A stretch of 64,000 nucleotides of DNA from Clostridia bacterium (GCA_016287565.1 JAEFAM010000002.1:7648-71647), one strand, 5' to 3'. Positions 26,857-37,843 are shown, counted from the stretch's first letter. Notes: generated from the letters alone by a model not told the origin. Numbers and translations: made by a program.

Positions 26857-28305
26857 TTACTTCCTCCTCCACAGCCCCGGCGACAATGCCAGGATCAGCG
26901 GATATATCTCCAGGCGGCCGAAGAGCATTGACAGAGAAAGCACGATCTTCGAACCCACGGAGTAGAAACTGTAGCCCATATACGGGCCTACCTTGCCCAG
27001 ACCGGGGCCCACGTTGTTGAGGGTGGCCATTGACGCGGTCATATTCGTTATCATGTCGGTATCGGGTTCGAAGAGGCTGAGCAGCAGGAACACGGAGCCC
27101 AGCACGGCGCAATAGAGAACGAAGAAGGAAGTGACGCCGCGGAGGGTGTTGTCGTCCACGCGCCTGCCCTCGAATTTGACCACGCCGACGGAATGAGGAT
27201 GGACCATGTGCCGAAGGTCGCGGCGGATGATCTTGCCCAGCAGTATCACGCGGGAGACCTTGATGCCGCCGGCGGTTGAGCCGGCGCAGCTGCCAACGAA
27301 ATAAAGCATAAACAATACCGCCCTGGAAATGCCGGTCCAGGTGTCGAAATCGGCGGTGGCGAAACCGGTGGTGGTAACGATCGAGGCCACCTGGAAGAAG
27401 GAGGTCCGGAGATTGTCGCCGAAGGTCTGGTACAGGTTATGCATATGTATCGTAATTATTGCCACGCTGCTGCCGATGATGCCCAGATAGAGCCACAGTT
27501 CGCGGCTTTTAAGGGCGGTCCTGATCTTGCCCATTATCACCAGATAGTACAGGTTGAAATTGACGCCGAACATCACCATAAAGATACCTACGACCCACTG
27601 GATATACGGGTTGTAATTCGTGAGGCTGGTGCCGCTGAGGCCGAAGCCGCCGGTACCCGCGGTGCCGAAGGTATATATCAGGCTTTCGAACAGGTCCATG
27701 CCGCCGAAGAGCAGCATTATTGTCTCGACCGCCGACAGGCCTATGTAGAGCAGGTACAGGATCAGGGCGGTCTTTTTGATCTTGGGAACGAACTTGCCGA
27801 AGGTGGGTCCGGGCACTTCCGCTCTCAGGATGTGCACCGAGCCTTCCGTGTCCGAGGGCAGTATGGCCATCATCAGCACGAGAACGCCCATACCTCCGAT
27901 CCAGTGGGTGGCGCTGCGCCAGAACAGCACGCCCTTGCTCATGGTCTCGAATGACGTGACGACGGAGGCGCCGGTGGTGGTAAAACCGCTGGCGGTCTCG
28001 AAAATGGCGTCAATGACTCCCAGTTCCCCAGTAAAAATAAACGGCAGCGCGCCGAACAGCGTCATCGACAGCCAGGCCAGGGCAACGATAACGAACCCTT
28101 CCTTGGCGTATATGGCGCTTCTCCGCTTGCGGCAGATCAGCATCATAAGCGAACCCACGGCGGCGGCAACTGCGGAAGAAAGCAGTATCATCGACGCAGA
28201 CCGCAGCTCGCCGTAGATAAGCGATACTATGGCGGGGATCAGCATCAGCACCGCTTCCGTATCAAGTATCAAACCTAAAGTGTAAAAAACTCTGCGTCTG
28301 TTCAT
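26857..28305 (-). CDS. trkH: Trk/Ktr-type potassium uptake membrane protein
   Basis: Four selectivity-filter-like repeats (GFTTTGA, GTGGFG, TTTGFAT, GGIKV) and multiple TM segments. Confidence 0.85.
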   Translation of the reverse strand: MNRRRVFYTLGLILDTEAVLMLIPAIVSLIYGELRSASMILLSSAVAAAVGSLMMLICRKRRSAIYAKEGFVIVALAWLSMTLFGALPFIFTGELGVIDAIFETASGFTTTGASVVTSFETMSKGVLFWRSATHWIGGMGVLVLMMAILPSDTEGSVHILRAEVPGPTFGKFVPKIKKTALILYLLYIGLSAVETIMLLFGGMDLFESLIYTFGTAGTGGFGLSGTSLTNYNPYIQWVVGIFMVMFGVNFNLYYLVIMGKIRTALKSRELWLYLGIIGSSVAIITIHMHNLYQTFGDNLRTSFFQVASIVTTTGFATADFDTWTGISRAVLFMLYFVGSCAGSTAGGIKVSRVILLGKIIRRDLRHMVHPHSVGVVKFEGRRVDDNTLRGVTSFFVLYCAVLGSVFLLLSLFEPDTDMITNMTASMATLNNVGPGLGKVGPYMGYSFYSVGSKIVLSLSMLFGRLEIYPLILALSPGLWRRK

Positions 28306-28327
28306 AACTCAAACGGGCCTGCTCCGG

Positions 28328-29686
28328 TCATGCCAGGATATCGGCAATATCCTCGAAACGCACTCCGCTGCCTATGACCACTACGTTGTCGTCCGCCAGG
28401 ATCATATCGTCGCCGGAAGGTATGATGGCCTTGCGTTGACGGATGATGCCCGCCACCAGCGTGTTCTTCTTGAATTTCATCTCTTTGAGCGGCATGCCGA
28501 TCACCGGAGAACCTGCGTTGACGTGGAACTCCAGCGCCTCGGCGCTGCCGTCCATCAGGTGGTAAAGCGTCTCGATGTTGCTGCCTTCGGAATTCCGAAG
28601 CGCCCTGGCGTACCTGACGATGATGTCGGACACGATCTTCCTGGGCGACACGATTGTGTCAAGGGACAGCTTCTCCGCGAGCCTTGCCATCTCTTCCCTG
28701 TTGACTTTGGAAATGACTTTGGGGACTTTATGGTTCGAGGCGAATATGGACATCAATATGTTTTCCTCGTCCATACCGGTGAGGGCAACGAAGGCGTCCT
28801 GCTGCTCCAGGCCCTCTTCCATCAATATCTCCTGCTGGGCTCCGTCTCCCTGAAGGACAACGGCTTTGGGAAGCGAGTCGCAAAGCTCCCGGCAGATCTC
28901 CCTGTCCTGCTCGATTATCTTGACCTGGTTGCCGGAAGCCAGCAGCATCTTCGCCAGATAAAACGCGGTGCGGCTGCCTCCCAGTATCATGACGTTTCTG
29001 GCCTGCTTCTGCATTGCCCCCAGGTTTTTTAGCAGCCTGGCGATCTCGCTCCTGGTGGCGGTGATGCCTATCCTGTCTCCCGCCCGAAGTGTAAAACTGC
29101 CGTCGGGTATGAACGCTTCGTCGCCGCGCTGCACGGCGCAGACCAGATACTGGCCTTTGTATTTCTGGCGCATCTCGAACAGCTTCATTCCGTCCAGAGG
29201 GGTGTCTGGCCTCAGCTTCAGCTCCGCCATCTCGAAATTGCGTCGGGAAAAAGTCTCCACCTTGGCGGCGGAGGGAAATTTCAGCAAGGTGTAGATCTCT
29301 TCGGCGGCCAGCAGCTCGGGGTTTATTGCCATAGAAAGATTCAGCTGCTCTTTGAAGAAACCCAGGCTGGAGTCGTTGTACTCCGGGTTCCTGATGCGCG
29401 CGATGGTATGACGGGCTCCCAGCTTTTTTGCCATGAAGCAGGTAAGCATGTTCTTCTCGTCCGAATCCGTGACGGAGGCCACGAGTTCCGATTGCTCGGC
29501 TCCCGCTTCCACAAGGGTCTCCCAGTCGGCGCCGTTGCCGCATACCGCCATTACGTCGTACTGATTCGTTATCTCGTCGATGACCTTCACGGAATTGTCC
29601 ACGACCACCACGTCGTGCCCTTCCCGGACAAGGCTCTCCACGATAAACTTGCCGATCTTACCTGAACCGACAACAATTACTTTCAT
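28328..29686 (-). CDS. trkA: Trk system NAD-binding regulatory protein
   Basis: Two Rossmann TrkA-N domains (MKVIVVGSGKIGK..., NVMILGGSRTAFYLAK) each followed by a TrkA-C domain. Confidence 0.85.
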   Translation of the reverse strand: MKVIVVGSGKIGKFIVESLVREGHDVVVVDNSVKVIDEITNQYDVMAVCGNGADWETLVEAGAEQSELVASVTDSDEKNMLTCFMAKKLGARHTIARIRNPEYNDSSLGFFKEQLNLSMAINPELLAAEEIYTLLKFPSAAKVETFSRRNFEMAELKLRPDTPLDGMKLFEMRQKYKGQYLVCAVQRGDEAFIPDGSFTLRAGDRIGITATRSEIARLLKNLGAMQKQARNVMILGGSRTAFYLAKMLLASGNQVKIIEQDREICRELCDSLPKAVVLQGDGAQQEILMEEGLEQQDAFVALTGMDEENILMSIFASNHKVPKVISKVNREEMARLAEKLSLDTIVSPRKIVSDIIVRYARALRNSEGSNIETLYHLMDGSAEALEFHVNAGSPVIGMPLKEMKFKKNTLVAGIIRQRKAIIPSGDDMILADDNVVVIGSGVRFEDIADILA

Positions 29687-29710
29687 TTAACAAACACCTG
29701 ATCTCCCGTA

Positions 29711-31471
29711 TCAGTTGGACGGCCTCTCGATACCGACTCTTACCGTCTTTATGAACTCTTCGTTGCTCTGGGTCTTGAGCATCTTGCTTACGATCATTTC
29801 CGTAACGTCCGCGCCTCCGGCATTGGCAATGGCCTTGCGGATGGAATACACCGCGTTCATTGCCGCCTCGGAAAGCAGCAGTTCTTCTTTACGCGTACCG
29901 GATTTGTTGATGTCGATGGCGGGGAACACGCGCTTTTCGGAAAGCTTCCGGTCAAGATGGAGCTCCATATTGCCCGTGCCCTTGAATTCCTCGAATATCA
30001 CGTCATCCATCTTGGATCCGGTGTCGATCAGCGCGGTGGCAACGATGGTGAGGCTGCCTCCTCCCCTGATGTTTCTGGCGGCGCCGAAGAATTTCTTGGG
30101 GTTGTACATGGCGCCCGGATCGAGACCGCCGGACAGCGACCTGCCCGTGGGAGTTATGGTGATGTTGTACGCTCTGGCAAGCCTGGTGAGGCTGTCCATA
30201 AGTATGACCACGTCGTACCCGAATTCCACCAGCCGCCTTGACCGCTCGAATACCATTTCGGCCACTTTTATGTGGCGCTCCGGCATCTCGTCGAAAGTGG
30301 AGGAGACCACTTCGCCTTCGATGGACTCTCTCATATCCGTCACTTCCTCGGGCCGCTCGTCTATCAGCAGCACGATCAGTTTGACTTCGGGGTAATTTGC
30401 GGTGATGGCGTTGGCGATCTTCTTAAGGAGCACCGTTTTACCGGCTTTGGGAGGCGACACGATCATGCCGCGCTGGCCTTTTCCGATCGGGGCAATGAGA
30501 TCGATGAGGCGGGTGGACAATTCTCCGGGCACCGTTTCCAGCTTCAGCTGCTCGTCCGGATATATGGGCGTCAACGACTCGAAGGAGGCTCTGTTCATGG
30601 CCTGGTCCGGAGATTTGCCGTTGATGGAGGTGATGTAGAACAGCGCCTGGTACTTGTCGTTGTCACGCTGGGGGCGGCTGCGTCCGGACAATTCGTCTCC
30701 TGTCCTGAGGCCGTATTTGCGTATGAAATTCGGGGCAACGAAAACGTCCTTGTTTCCCGTGTAATACTTGTTGGTCCTGAGGAATCCGTACCCTTCCTGC
30801 ATCACGTCCAGAAGGCCCGTGACTTCTTCCGAATTCTCCTGGAATTCAAGTTTGCGGCCGCCGTTCTGCTCTTCTTCCTGGCGCTCTTTCGCCTCGGGCT
30901 CGCAGGGAGCGGAGGCGGGAACCGCGGGAGCAGGTGCCGCGGCTGCGGCTGCCGGAGCGGCTTCCTGAACGTTCTCGCTTTCTTTCGCCGGGGCTTTTCC
31001 GGCATTTTCCAGCGCTTTTAAAGCGTTGGGCTTTCTGCCTCTGCGCCCCTTCTGAGGAGCGGTCTTTCCTGCGGCGGCATCGTTTCCGGACGCTTCCGTT
31101 TTGGGAGCCTCGGCCGCGGTCTCTGCGGCTTTCCCTGCGCCCTTTTCAGGAACCTTTTCGGGAGCTTTCTCGGGAGCCTTTTCGGGAACATTTTCCGCGG
31201 AGGCCTCGGGAGTCGCCGCGCTGCCGTTTTCGGCAGCTTTCCCGGCGTTCTCCAGCGCTTTTAACGCGTTAGGCTTTCTGCCTCTGCGGCTCTTCGGAGG
31301 CGTCTCGGGCGCTGCCGAGAGCGTTTCCTTGGTCTCCCATTGCTGACTGTCACCGACGATCATCTTTATCAATTTTGCCTTAGTGCATTTTTCAGGCACC
31401 AGCAGCCCCAGCAAGTTCGCGATGGTCTTAAGATCGTCAACGCTTTTGTTTTGGATAGTTTCCAGATCCAT
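29711..31471 (-). CDS. rho: Transcription termination factor Rho with a long duplicated N-terminal insertion
   Basis: Rho N-terminal motif ([11 protein letters not shown]), then about 190 aa of Ala/Pro/Lys-rich insertion containing two copies of [18 protein letters not shown]. The CSD-like RNA-binding domain and the RecA-type ATPase follow (Walker A GKTVLL, Q and R loops). Confidence 0.85.
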   Translation of the reverse strand: MDLETIQNKSVDDLKTIANLLGLLVPEKCTKAKLIKMIVGDSQQWETKETLSAAPETPPKSRRGRKPNALKALENAGKAAENGSAATPEASAENVPEKAPEKAPEKVPEKGAGKAAETAAEAPKTEASGNDAAAGKTAPQKGRRGRKPNALKALENAGKAPAKESENVQEAAPAAAAAAPAPAVPASAPCEPEAKERQEEEQNGGRKLEFQENSEEVTGLLDVMQEGYGFLRTNKYYTGNKDVFVAPNFIRKYGLRTGDELSGRSRPQRDNDKYQALFYITSINGKSPDQAMNRASFESLTPIYPDEQLKLETVPGELSTRLIDLIAPIGKGQRGMIVSPPKAGKTVLLKKIANAITANYPEVKLIVLLIDERPEEVTDMRESIEGEVVSSTFDEMPERHIKVAEMVFERSRRLVEFGYDVVILMDSLTRLARAYNITITPTGRSLSGGLDPGAMYNPKKFFGAARNIRGGGSLTIVATALIDTGSKMDDVIFEEFKGTGNMELHLDRKLSEKRVFPAIDINKSGTRKEELLLSEAAMNAVYSIRKAIANAGGADVTEMIVSKMLKTQSNEEFIKTVRVGIERPSN

Positions 31472-31503
31472 GAATTCACCAGCCTGTAAAAAAAATTATG
31501 ATA

Positions 31504-32568
31504 TTATGATCGGTCCGAACCGATCCGCATAAGTCTTATATCGTCTCCGAGAAGCCGGACGTTGACCGAGTTTTTCAGATCGATAAATCTCGACGCCAGG
31601 CGCTCGCCGTATACTTCCTTTATTTCCCTGAGCCCCAGGTTGGAAGTGATCACCGTCTTCCTGCCGGAATCGGTGCGTTTGTCCAGAAGCGTTATGAGAT
31701 TCTCGAAGCGCCTCTCGGTGACGTTTTCCACGCCCAGGTCGTCTATTATGAGCAAGTCGCAGTTTTCGATATATTCCCGCCGATTTTCGTACGTTTCCCG
31801 CTCTTCGTCGGAATTGAATATCCTGTTCTGGATGGCGTCGAGAATGACGGAAATGCTGCCGTAGCGCACGAAAAGGCATTGACGGGCGGCGGCGGTGGCC
31901 ATACAGCAGGCGAGATGGGTCTTGCCCACTCCCACACGGCCGGTTATGAACATTTTCGTTTTCGAAGAGGGAGAACGGTCTGACACGAAATCCATTGCGG
32001 CCCTGTAAGCGGCCACGGCGGTCTTTTCGGGGCTCTCTTCGCTGCCGTACCTGGCTTTGTCCGCCACAGGCGAGTAGATGCCTTTCTCAGGCGGCTCCGG
32101 TTCGAACCGTCCCTCGGGTATCCCGGAGGCTTCCAGTATGAATCCTGACAAAATCTCGTTGAAGCACCGGCAGCGTCTTGCGTTTCCCGCTCCGTCTTCC
32201 AGATATCCCTTGTCAAGGCACAGGGGGCAATAATATTTTCGCGCTTCCGGGGCTTTGTTTTCCGCTTCCAGCTTTTCAGTCAATGCCTCCAGCCTCTCTT
32301 TTTCGGCCAGCAGCGCATCCCTTCTCATAGCGAAAACGTCCGCGTACCTTTCCCCGGCGGTGCCTGCCACCCGGGCGGAAACTTTCTTTCCGATCTCGAT
32401 GTTGTCAAGGCAGCTGTACACGTATCCCAGCCTGGTCCTGGCCTCCGAAAGTTCGGGCAACGACAAAAGCCGCGACAGTTCCGCCTTTCTGGCCTCAGCC
32501 GCAAAAGCTCTTGCCCGGCCTGACAGCTCGTCGCCTGCCAGAGATATGATCCGTTCTCTTTCCGTCAT
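31504..32568 (-). CDS. DnaC/DnaI-family helicase-loader ATPase with an N-terminal Cys cluster
   Basis: Walker A GRVGVGKTHLA, Walker B LLIIDDLG, and the upstream motif CPLC...CRC. Confidence 0.7.
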   Translation of the reverse strand: MTERERIISLAGDELSGRARAFAAEARKAELSRLLSLPELSEARTRLGYVYSCLDNIEIGKKVSARVAGTAGERYADVFAMRRDALLAEKERLEALTEKLEAENKAPEARKYYCPLCLDKGYLEDGAGNARRCRCFNEILSGFILEASGIPEGRFEPEPPEKGIYSPVADKARYGSEESPEKTAVAAYRAAMDFVSDRSPSSKTKMFITGRVGVGKTHLACCMATAAARQCLFVRYGSISVILDAIQNRIFNSDEERETYENRREYIENCDLLIIDDLGVENVTERRFENLITLLDKRTDSGRKTVITSNLGLREIKEVYGERLASRFIDLKNSVNVRLLGDDIRLMRIGSDRS

Positions 32569-33539
32569 TTTCCGTCACCGTAGATGCTGTCGTAAAAATC
32601 CTGTGAATAGTCCCGTTGGTCGTAATTGCCAGAGGGCTTCTTCCCGGTACCCTTGCTGTTGCCCGAAGCGTTTCCGGAAGCTTTTTTTCTGGAATTTACG
32701 TACGCCTTAACCGCCTCCGCCGTTTCAAGGCCGTTGTCGTGCCAGTTGGTCAGCATGGCGTCGTAAAGGTTGAAGGAAGGCCTGTTCATTCCGGCGGCTT
32801 CTTTCAGGGCAATATCGATCACGTCAAAGCCGTAACCGTACTCGTAAAACCATTTTTCTATGTATTTTTCCTGATAGACGGTCAACGGGTCAATCTTAAG
32901 GTTGGAGGCCACCCGGGACCGCACTTTCACGTATACTTCGCGGCGCTGGAGCCAGTTGTTCATCTGCTCTACCGTGTGGATGCCGCGCTCGCCGTAGGCT
33001 TCCATGACTTTTTTCATATAGGGGCGGCTATAGGGCTTGTCCTTGTTCTGCTGGAAGATCATAAATACCACTTCGTCGCAGAAGTCGTAGGTGTTGGCCC
33101 AGAGCACGATGTCGTTGTACCAGGACTGGGACATCTGGCCTCCGAAGAAACGGTCGCTGATGGCTCTCAACAAGTGGGTGCGGTCGGGAGCGTCTCCCGA
33201 TTCGGAATTGTCCGGACGCGGCGCGGTGCGGGGAGCGTAATTGTCCCGGATATGCTTTTCCACCAGGTCCTGGAGCACCAGTTCATTGCCCTCGCGGGAG
33301 ATCAGGCCCTTGGACTCCAGCTCGATGAGCCCTGCGCTGACGTAGGAAAGGTCCATACCCAGGTTGTTGGCCACGGACTGCTCGTCAGCTTTGGCGCCGA
33401 TCTTGGCGTAGTAGAGCAGCAGCACGTATATCTTCAGCGCGTTGCCGCCTATGCCCGGCATATATTCCGTCACGAACAGGTTGCTGAGATTTACGGTGCC
33501 GTATTTTTTGTTGTATTCGCCTGTGATTTTGTAAGCCAT
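32565..33539 (-). CDS. DnaD-domain replication initiation/helicase-loading protein
   Basis: N-terminal winged-helix portion and a C-terminal DnaD-like segment (YMKKVMEAYGERGIHTVEQMNNWL). 4-nt overlap with the DnaC-like gene. Confidence 0.6.
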   Translation of the reverse strand: MAYKITGEYNKKYGTVNLSNLFVTEYMPGIGGNALKIYVLLLYYAKIGAKADEQSVANNLGMDLSYVSAGLIELESKGLISREGNELVLQDLVEKHIRDNYAPRTAPRPDNSESGDAPDRTHLLRAISDRFFGGQMSQSWYNDIVLWANTYDFCDEVVFMIFQQNKDKPYSRPYMKKVMEAYGERGIHTVEQMNNWLQRREVYVKVRSRVASNLKIDPLTVYQEKYIEKWFYEYGYGFDVIDIALKEAAGMNRPSFNLYDAMLTNWHDNGLETAEAVKAYVNSRKKASGNASGNSKGTGKKPSGNYDQRDYSQDFYDSIYGDGK

Positions 33540-33569
33540 AAAAATCGATCACCCGGAAGACCGCGAAGG

Positions 33570-34622
33570 TCAAAGCATCGGAGAAGATCCGACTTTCACC
33601 GCGTGGACCACCAGCCGCCCGTCGGCGCCGTGATACAGCCTGTAGCAGGTGGAAAGGGTCAACACGTCGTCGGTCTTCACCAGGTTTACGTCGGATTTAT
33701 ACATTGACGAATCATTCAGGCCGTTTATGAACGCCAGATAGTCGGTGGGAGACCTGAAATAGGTCTCGATATAATATTCGTCGATGGTGGTTATGTACAC
33801 GGAGAACACCTTCCACATGGTAACGCTGTCAAGCGAAAGCGTATAGAAATACCTGTGGGAGTTGTAATAATCTTCCTCCAGGTAGTCCCGGAGCTCTCCG
33901 AAAATACTTATGTCGTTCATGGTGTGGCCGTAAATGATAGTATGGCCGGACATGGTGGCGGGGTCGCACCTGTAATCCAGGAACAGGCAGCCGGAGCGGT
34001 TGTAATTCCTGAATATATCGGCTCTCAGGTAGGTCTCGTTGGTCTCTCCCTGGAGCACGTAATAGCTGATCTCCGAATCGGGCAGGTAGAGCCAGAACTG
34101 GAAATCTTCGTTGATGTTCTTATATACCAGCAGGTCTTCCCTGGTCTTGGGAAGCGATTCCGCAGGATATTCTATGCGCTTGGGAGTCTCCATAGGATAT
34201 TCAGGCACTTCCCTGTCTGGAGTGGCGTAGACCACGGGATCTGAGGTGTGTCCCGTCAATTCCCTCACCGCCTGATGGTGTTCCCGTCCGGCAACGTTGC
34301 TCTTGTAGTTCTCGCCGATCTTTGCGATGGCAAACAGCATCACCGCCGTGAGGACCGACTGCACGGCGATATATATGATCTTGTTCCGGCGTTTTTTCTT
34401 CTCTCTGGCGGCCACTTTCCTGCGGTGCTTTTCCGGGTCCACTTCCTTGAACCCTTCCAGCTTTTTGATGCCCAGCACTTCGCTGCTGAGGTCCCTGCCG
34501 TACTTTTCGGACCAGCCCTCTTTAAGGCCCAGCGCTCCCCTGTCGTTGCCGGGGCGCAGGGAAACGGCGGAATAAGCCGGTTTGTCCTTTATGAGTTTTA
34601 AAGTCTTTTTATCTCTTTCCAT
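33570..34622 (-). CDS. Class B-like sortase (membrane-anchored transpeptidase)
   Basis: N-terminal TM. Catalytic His region IIYGH and the TLSTC active-site Cys motif. Confidence 0.7.
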   Translation of the reverse strand: MERDKKTLKLIKDKPAYSAVSLRPGNDRGALGLKEGWSEKYGRDLSSEVLGIKKLEGFKEVDPEKHRRKVAAREKKKRRNKIIYIAVQSVLTAVMLFAIAKIGENYKSNVAGREHHQAVRELTGHTSDPVVYATPDREVPEYPMETPKRIEYPAESLPKTREDLLVYKNINEDFQFWLYLPDSEISYYVLQGETNETYLRADIFRNYNRSGCLFLDYRCDPATMSGHTIIYGHTMNDISIFGELRDYLEEDYYNSHRYFYTLSLDSVTMWKVFSVYITTIDEYYIETYFRSPTDYLAFINGLNDSSMYKSDVNLVKTDDVLTLSTCYRLYHGADGRLVVHAVKVGSSPML

Positions 34623-34650
34623 ATCTTCTTCCTCGATGTTGCCTCCGCCG

Positions 34651-36183
34651 TCAGTTCGTAGATACTACCGGAGTAACGTAAGTGTAGAGTTTATCGGCGT
34701 ACCTGTTGACCACCAGGAGCGTCAGTTTTTCGCTGTAGCATTCGCAGGAGTAAAGGTGTTTTATGTTGCGCAGGTCCAGCATCTGTATCAGCGTATTGCT
34801 GAGCCTGAGATAGGTGAGCGCGGTGTTTTCCGGAACTATGAGGTTGCTCACGGACGTATCGGATATGTCGATGCTCTCCAGCGCCATGAACGAGGGTAAC
34901 TTCAGCCCCCGGAGCCCCGGATTTTCGGAAGCGATGAGCGTCTTAAGTGCGGGACAATTATCGCCGGATACTTCGTCTTCGTCAAGTTCCGTGCGCGATA
35001 CGTCCAAATATTCGAGATACGGGAGCTCCTCTTTCGGGAACTTCCCTACCGGCGATCCGGCAAGAATCAGGACTCTCAGCTGGCCGTTCTTGCTGAGGTC
35101 CAGGGAGCGGAGCCGGGTGTTTTCCAGGGAGAGGCGCATGAGGGACGTGCAGCCTGAAATATCCAGAGAAGCCAGAGGAGTGTTGTTGACCTCCAGATCC
35201 GTCAGCGCGGGATGGTCCGCCAGATTGAGCAGCGTCACGTCGGAATCGTTTATCTTGAGCGACTCCAGGTTGGAGAGCTTTGCCAGATCCGCGTTCAGAT
35301 CGCCTTTTATTATGGCTCCGCTGAGGTCGAGGGCCCTCACGGCGCCCAGGTCGGAGTTCTTGACGCGGCTTGAGGCGGTATATGAATCGTAGAAGCCGTT
35401 TTCGTTGTGCTCCATCAGATATTTTACGGCTTCCTGGCGCACGACGTCGTTGGAGAACACCGCGTCGTCCTGGCTGTTCATTACCGTGTAGTATCCGGAG
35501 AATCTGATCTCGCGGTAGGTCACGCATTCTCCCGAGGTGGAATCCGAGAGCACCTGGCCGAATACGTAAGTGTTGTCGTATCTTACTTCGGCGTAGGGAG
35601 CCAGCAGCGTGCCCGTGAGCACCGCGCCGCCGAGATCGACGGTCTTTGCTTCGTAGCAGTTGATGAGCACTCTGGAGGCGTACATGTATCCGCTTTCCCG
35701 GGCAAGTATGTAATATCCGGACAGGTCCACGTTTTCGCCCGCCAGGTTTACAACCACGTAAAAGCCGTCGTCTTCGGAGTTCAGCCACATGTACCTGAAG
35801 TCGCTCAGTTTATAGTCTCCGCCGCAGAGGGCGTCGCTGTCCGTGTCGTAGATGCAGAAACGGAGATTGTCCCGGGAGATGAAATAGAGGCCGCTTTCCT
35901 TGCCCTCTTCCACGTCGGCGGCGTCGGTCCATTCGATGCAGGTGGAACCGAGGGTGGTGTAGTTGTAGGAAAGCTCTTTATAGCTGATGACGGGAGACGT
36001 GTTGTCGCCCGATGAAGAGGACCCGCCGGACAGGACAACGGAATTGCCGTACGACGTAACGCCGTCGTAGGCCTTCACGGCATTGACGCAGAAAACTATC
36101 CCCGTTACCGCGAGGGCAACGGCGATGACGGTCAATATAATACCTTTCGCGCTGAAAAGATATTTCAATTCCCTGTTTTCCAT
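34651..36183 (-). CDS. Membrane-anchored protein with a leucine-rich-repeat C-terminal domain
   Basis: N-terminal TM. C-terminal repeats LxxLxLxxN (LSNLESLKIN, LTDLEVNNTPLASLDISGCTSLMRLSLENTRLRSLDLS...). No LPXTG motif. Confidence 0.55.
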   Translation of the reverse strand: MENRELKYLFSAKGIILTVIAVALAVTGIVFCVNAVKAYDGVTSYGNSVVLSGGSSSSGDNTSPVISYKELSYNYTTLGSTCIEWTDAADVEEGKESGLYFISRDNLRFCIYDTDSDALCGGDYKLSDFRYMWLNSEDDGFYVVVNLAGENVDLSGYYILARESGYMYASRVLINCYEAKTVDLGGAVLTGTLLAPYAEVRYDNTYVFGQVLSDSTSGECVTYREIRFSGYYTVMNSQDDAVFSNDVVRQEAVKYLMEHNENGFYDSYTASSRVKNSDLGAVRALDLSGAIIKGDLNADLAKLSNLESLKINDSDVTLLNLADHPALTDLEVNNTPLASLDISGCTSLMRLSLENTRLRSLDLSKNGQLRVLILAGSPVGKFPKEELPYLEYLDVSRTELDEDEVSGDNCPALKTLIASENPGLRGLKLPSFMALESIDISDTSVSNLIVPENTALTYLRLSNTLIQMLDLRNIKHLYSCECYSEKLTLLVVNRYADKLYTYVTPVVSTN

Positions 36184-36199
36184 CTGTCTGCTCTTTTCT

Positions 36200-36937
36200 T
36201 CAGATTTGTCGATCCTTACCCAGAAGCGAATACTGACGCTCCTCTATGGCGTCGAATATTTCAGACGAGAACTTCTTCGAGACCGCTTTCTTCAGTTCCG
36301 GAAGGGTCTCTCCCAGATCGGGCGCCCTATGCCGCGCTCCGTGGCAGTCGCTGGCCCAGAACACGGTCTTCCCGCGCTTGATAAGTGAGTACATATATTT
36401 CAGGGCTTTCCTGTTTTTGAAGGCGTCCGAATTAAACTGGAACGCCGCCCTGGGAACTTCTTCCAGCTCCTCGAGGTCACCGCTCCGGAGCATTCCCAGA
36501 TACCTGTCTATATGGGCGAAGACAGGCCGTCCGCCGGCTTTTCCCGCCACCAGATCCACCAGCCGGGGCATCCAGCCGTGAAATCCCGAGAACGGCAGTT
36601 CGAACAGCATCAGGTCGCTGCCTGATATTTTAAGCAGCTCCGGATCGCTCACGTTTTCGAGGCTGTTCACCAGATATATCTCTGCTCCAAAACGCATCTC
36701 CGGCAGCCGCGCGTCTTCTCCGTGCGTCTCCTGCCAGGCCTCCAGGAACCGTCTGTAAGCGCCCTTCGCCTTCTCGGCGTGCTCTGCGGGAGAACAGTCC
36801 AGGCAATAATAGTGCGGCGTCGCCACAACGGTGTCAACGTTCTGGGCGATCATCATTTCCATCATTTCAACGGATATCCCGGAGTCGGGCGATCCGTCGT
36901 CAATGCCCGGAAGTATGTGAGTGTGAAGATCGATCAT
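36200..36937 (-). CDS. CpsB/YwqE-type PHP-family protein-tyrosine phosphatase
   Basis: N-terminal signature MIDLHTHILPGIDDG. Confidence 0.8.
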   Translation of the reverse strand: MIDLHTHILPGIDDGSPDSGISVEMMEMMIAQNVDTVVATPHYYCLDCSPAEHAEKAKGAYRRFLEAWQETHGEDARLPEMRFGAEIYLVNSLENVSDPELLKISGSDLMLFELPFSGFHGWMPRLVDLVAGKAGGRPVFAHIDRYLGMLRSGDLEELEEVPRAAFQFNSDAFKNRKALKYMYSLIKRGKTVFWASDCHGARHRAPDLGETLPELKKAVSKKFSSEIFDAIEERQYSLLGKDRQI

Positions 36938-36985
36938 ATTGTCCGGTCGCTGTCCCTGTCGATTTGCCCGTCGCCGCGTTCCCGG

Positions 36986-37750
36986 TCAATTCCGGTGGGC
37001 GCGGTATTCGTAACTGTAGCTGCTCCCGTACTTGTAATACTTCTTGTAGTATCCCTTGTGCTCGCTCTTGACGGCGATCATGGAGAATCCGATGATGTTG
37101 GCGCCTGCCATATCAAGCTGGTTTTTGACTTTCATAAAGTCGTCGCGGCGGGTGGTTCCGTAGTGGACCACAACGAGCACGCCGGAAACGTACTTGGAAA
37201 GCACGGCGGCGTCGATGACCATTCCTACGGGAGGAGTATCGAGTATGATGTAGTTGTAATATTCTTCGACTTTGTCAAGGAACACTTTCATCCTGTTGCT
37301 GCCCAGAAGCTCCGAGGGGTTGGGAGGGATGACTCCCGCGGGCATAAGGTCAAGGTTCTTTATCTCAGTGTGCACCAGCGTTTCGTTGAGCGGTTCCTGC
37401 CCCACCAGGAAGCGGGAGAGTCCGTGAACGTAATCCACTCCGAAGAATTTGTGGAGCTTCGGCTTTCTCATATCGCAGTCGATCAGGAGCACCTTGTATC
37501 CGCTCTGGGCCAGCGCCGCCGCCAGGTTCACGGCTGTGGTGCTTTTACCTTCGGACTGGTTCGCCGACGTGATCAGCAGTTTCTTTCCGTTGGTGGGAGC
37601 CAGCGCGAAAAGCACGTTGGAGCGCAGTGTGTTGAACGCTTCGCGGATATTGAACGGAGTGTTCTCGTCCACCAGATACTCGCTCTCCATCTCTTCTTCT
37701 CCGGCGTTGTTCTTTTTCTTAAATTTCAAAAAGTTCAGATTTAACTTCAT
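36986..37750 (-). CDS. CpsD/YwqD-type BY-kinase (protein-tyrosine kinase), with a C-terminal Tyr cluster
   Basis: Walker A SANQSEGKSTT, Walker B ILDTPP, and a Tyr-rich tail YYKKYYKYGSSYSYEY. Confidence 0.8.
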   Translation of the reverse strand: MKLNLNFLKFKKKNNAGEEEMESEYLVDENTPFNIREAFNTLRSNVLFALAPTNGKKLLITSANQSEGKSTTAVNLAAALAQSGYKVLLIDCDMRKPKLHKFFGVDYVHGLSRFLVGQEPLNETLVHTEIKNLDLMPAGVIPPNPSELLGSNRMKVFLDKVEEYYNYIILDTPPVGMVIDAAVLSKYVSGVLVVVHYGTTRRDDFMKVKNQLDMAGANIIGFSMIAVKSEHKGYYKKYYKYGSSYSYEYRAHRN

Positions 37751-37843
37751 TTCGGGAAAACCTCTGCGCCTTTATCCGGCGCCTTATGCCTTATGTATTC
37801 GATACCGTCTGCGTTGCCGCCTGTCTATGCGCTTCGCGCGCCG

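Noticed and set aside
31504-33539. Prophage or integrative element call based on the DnaD-like/DnaC-like genes
   Set aside because: There is no integrase, terminase, capsid, repressor or att repeat nearby. The flanking genes are chromosomal housekeeping genes (rho, trkAH).
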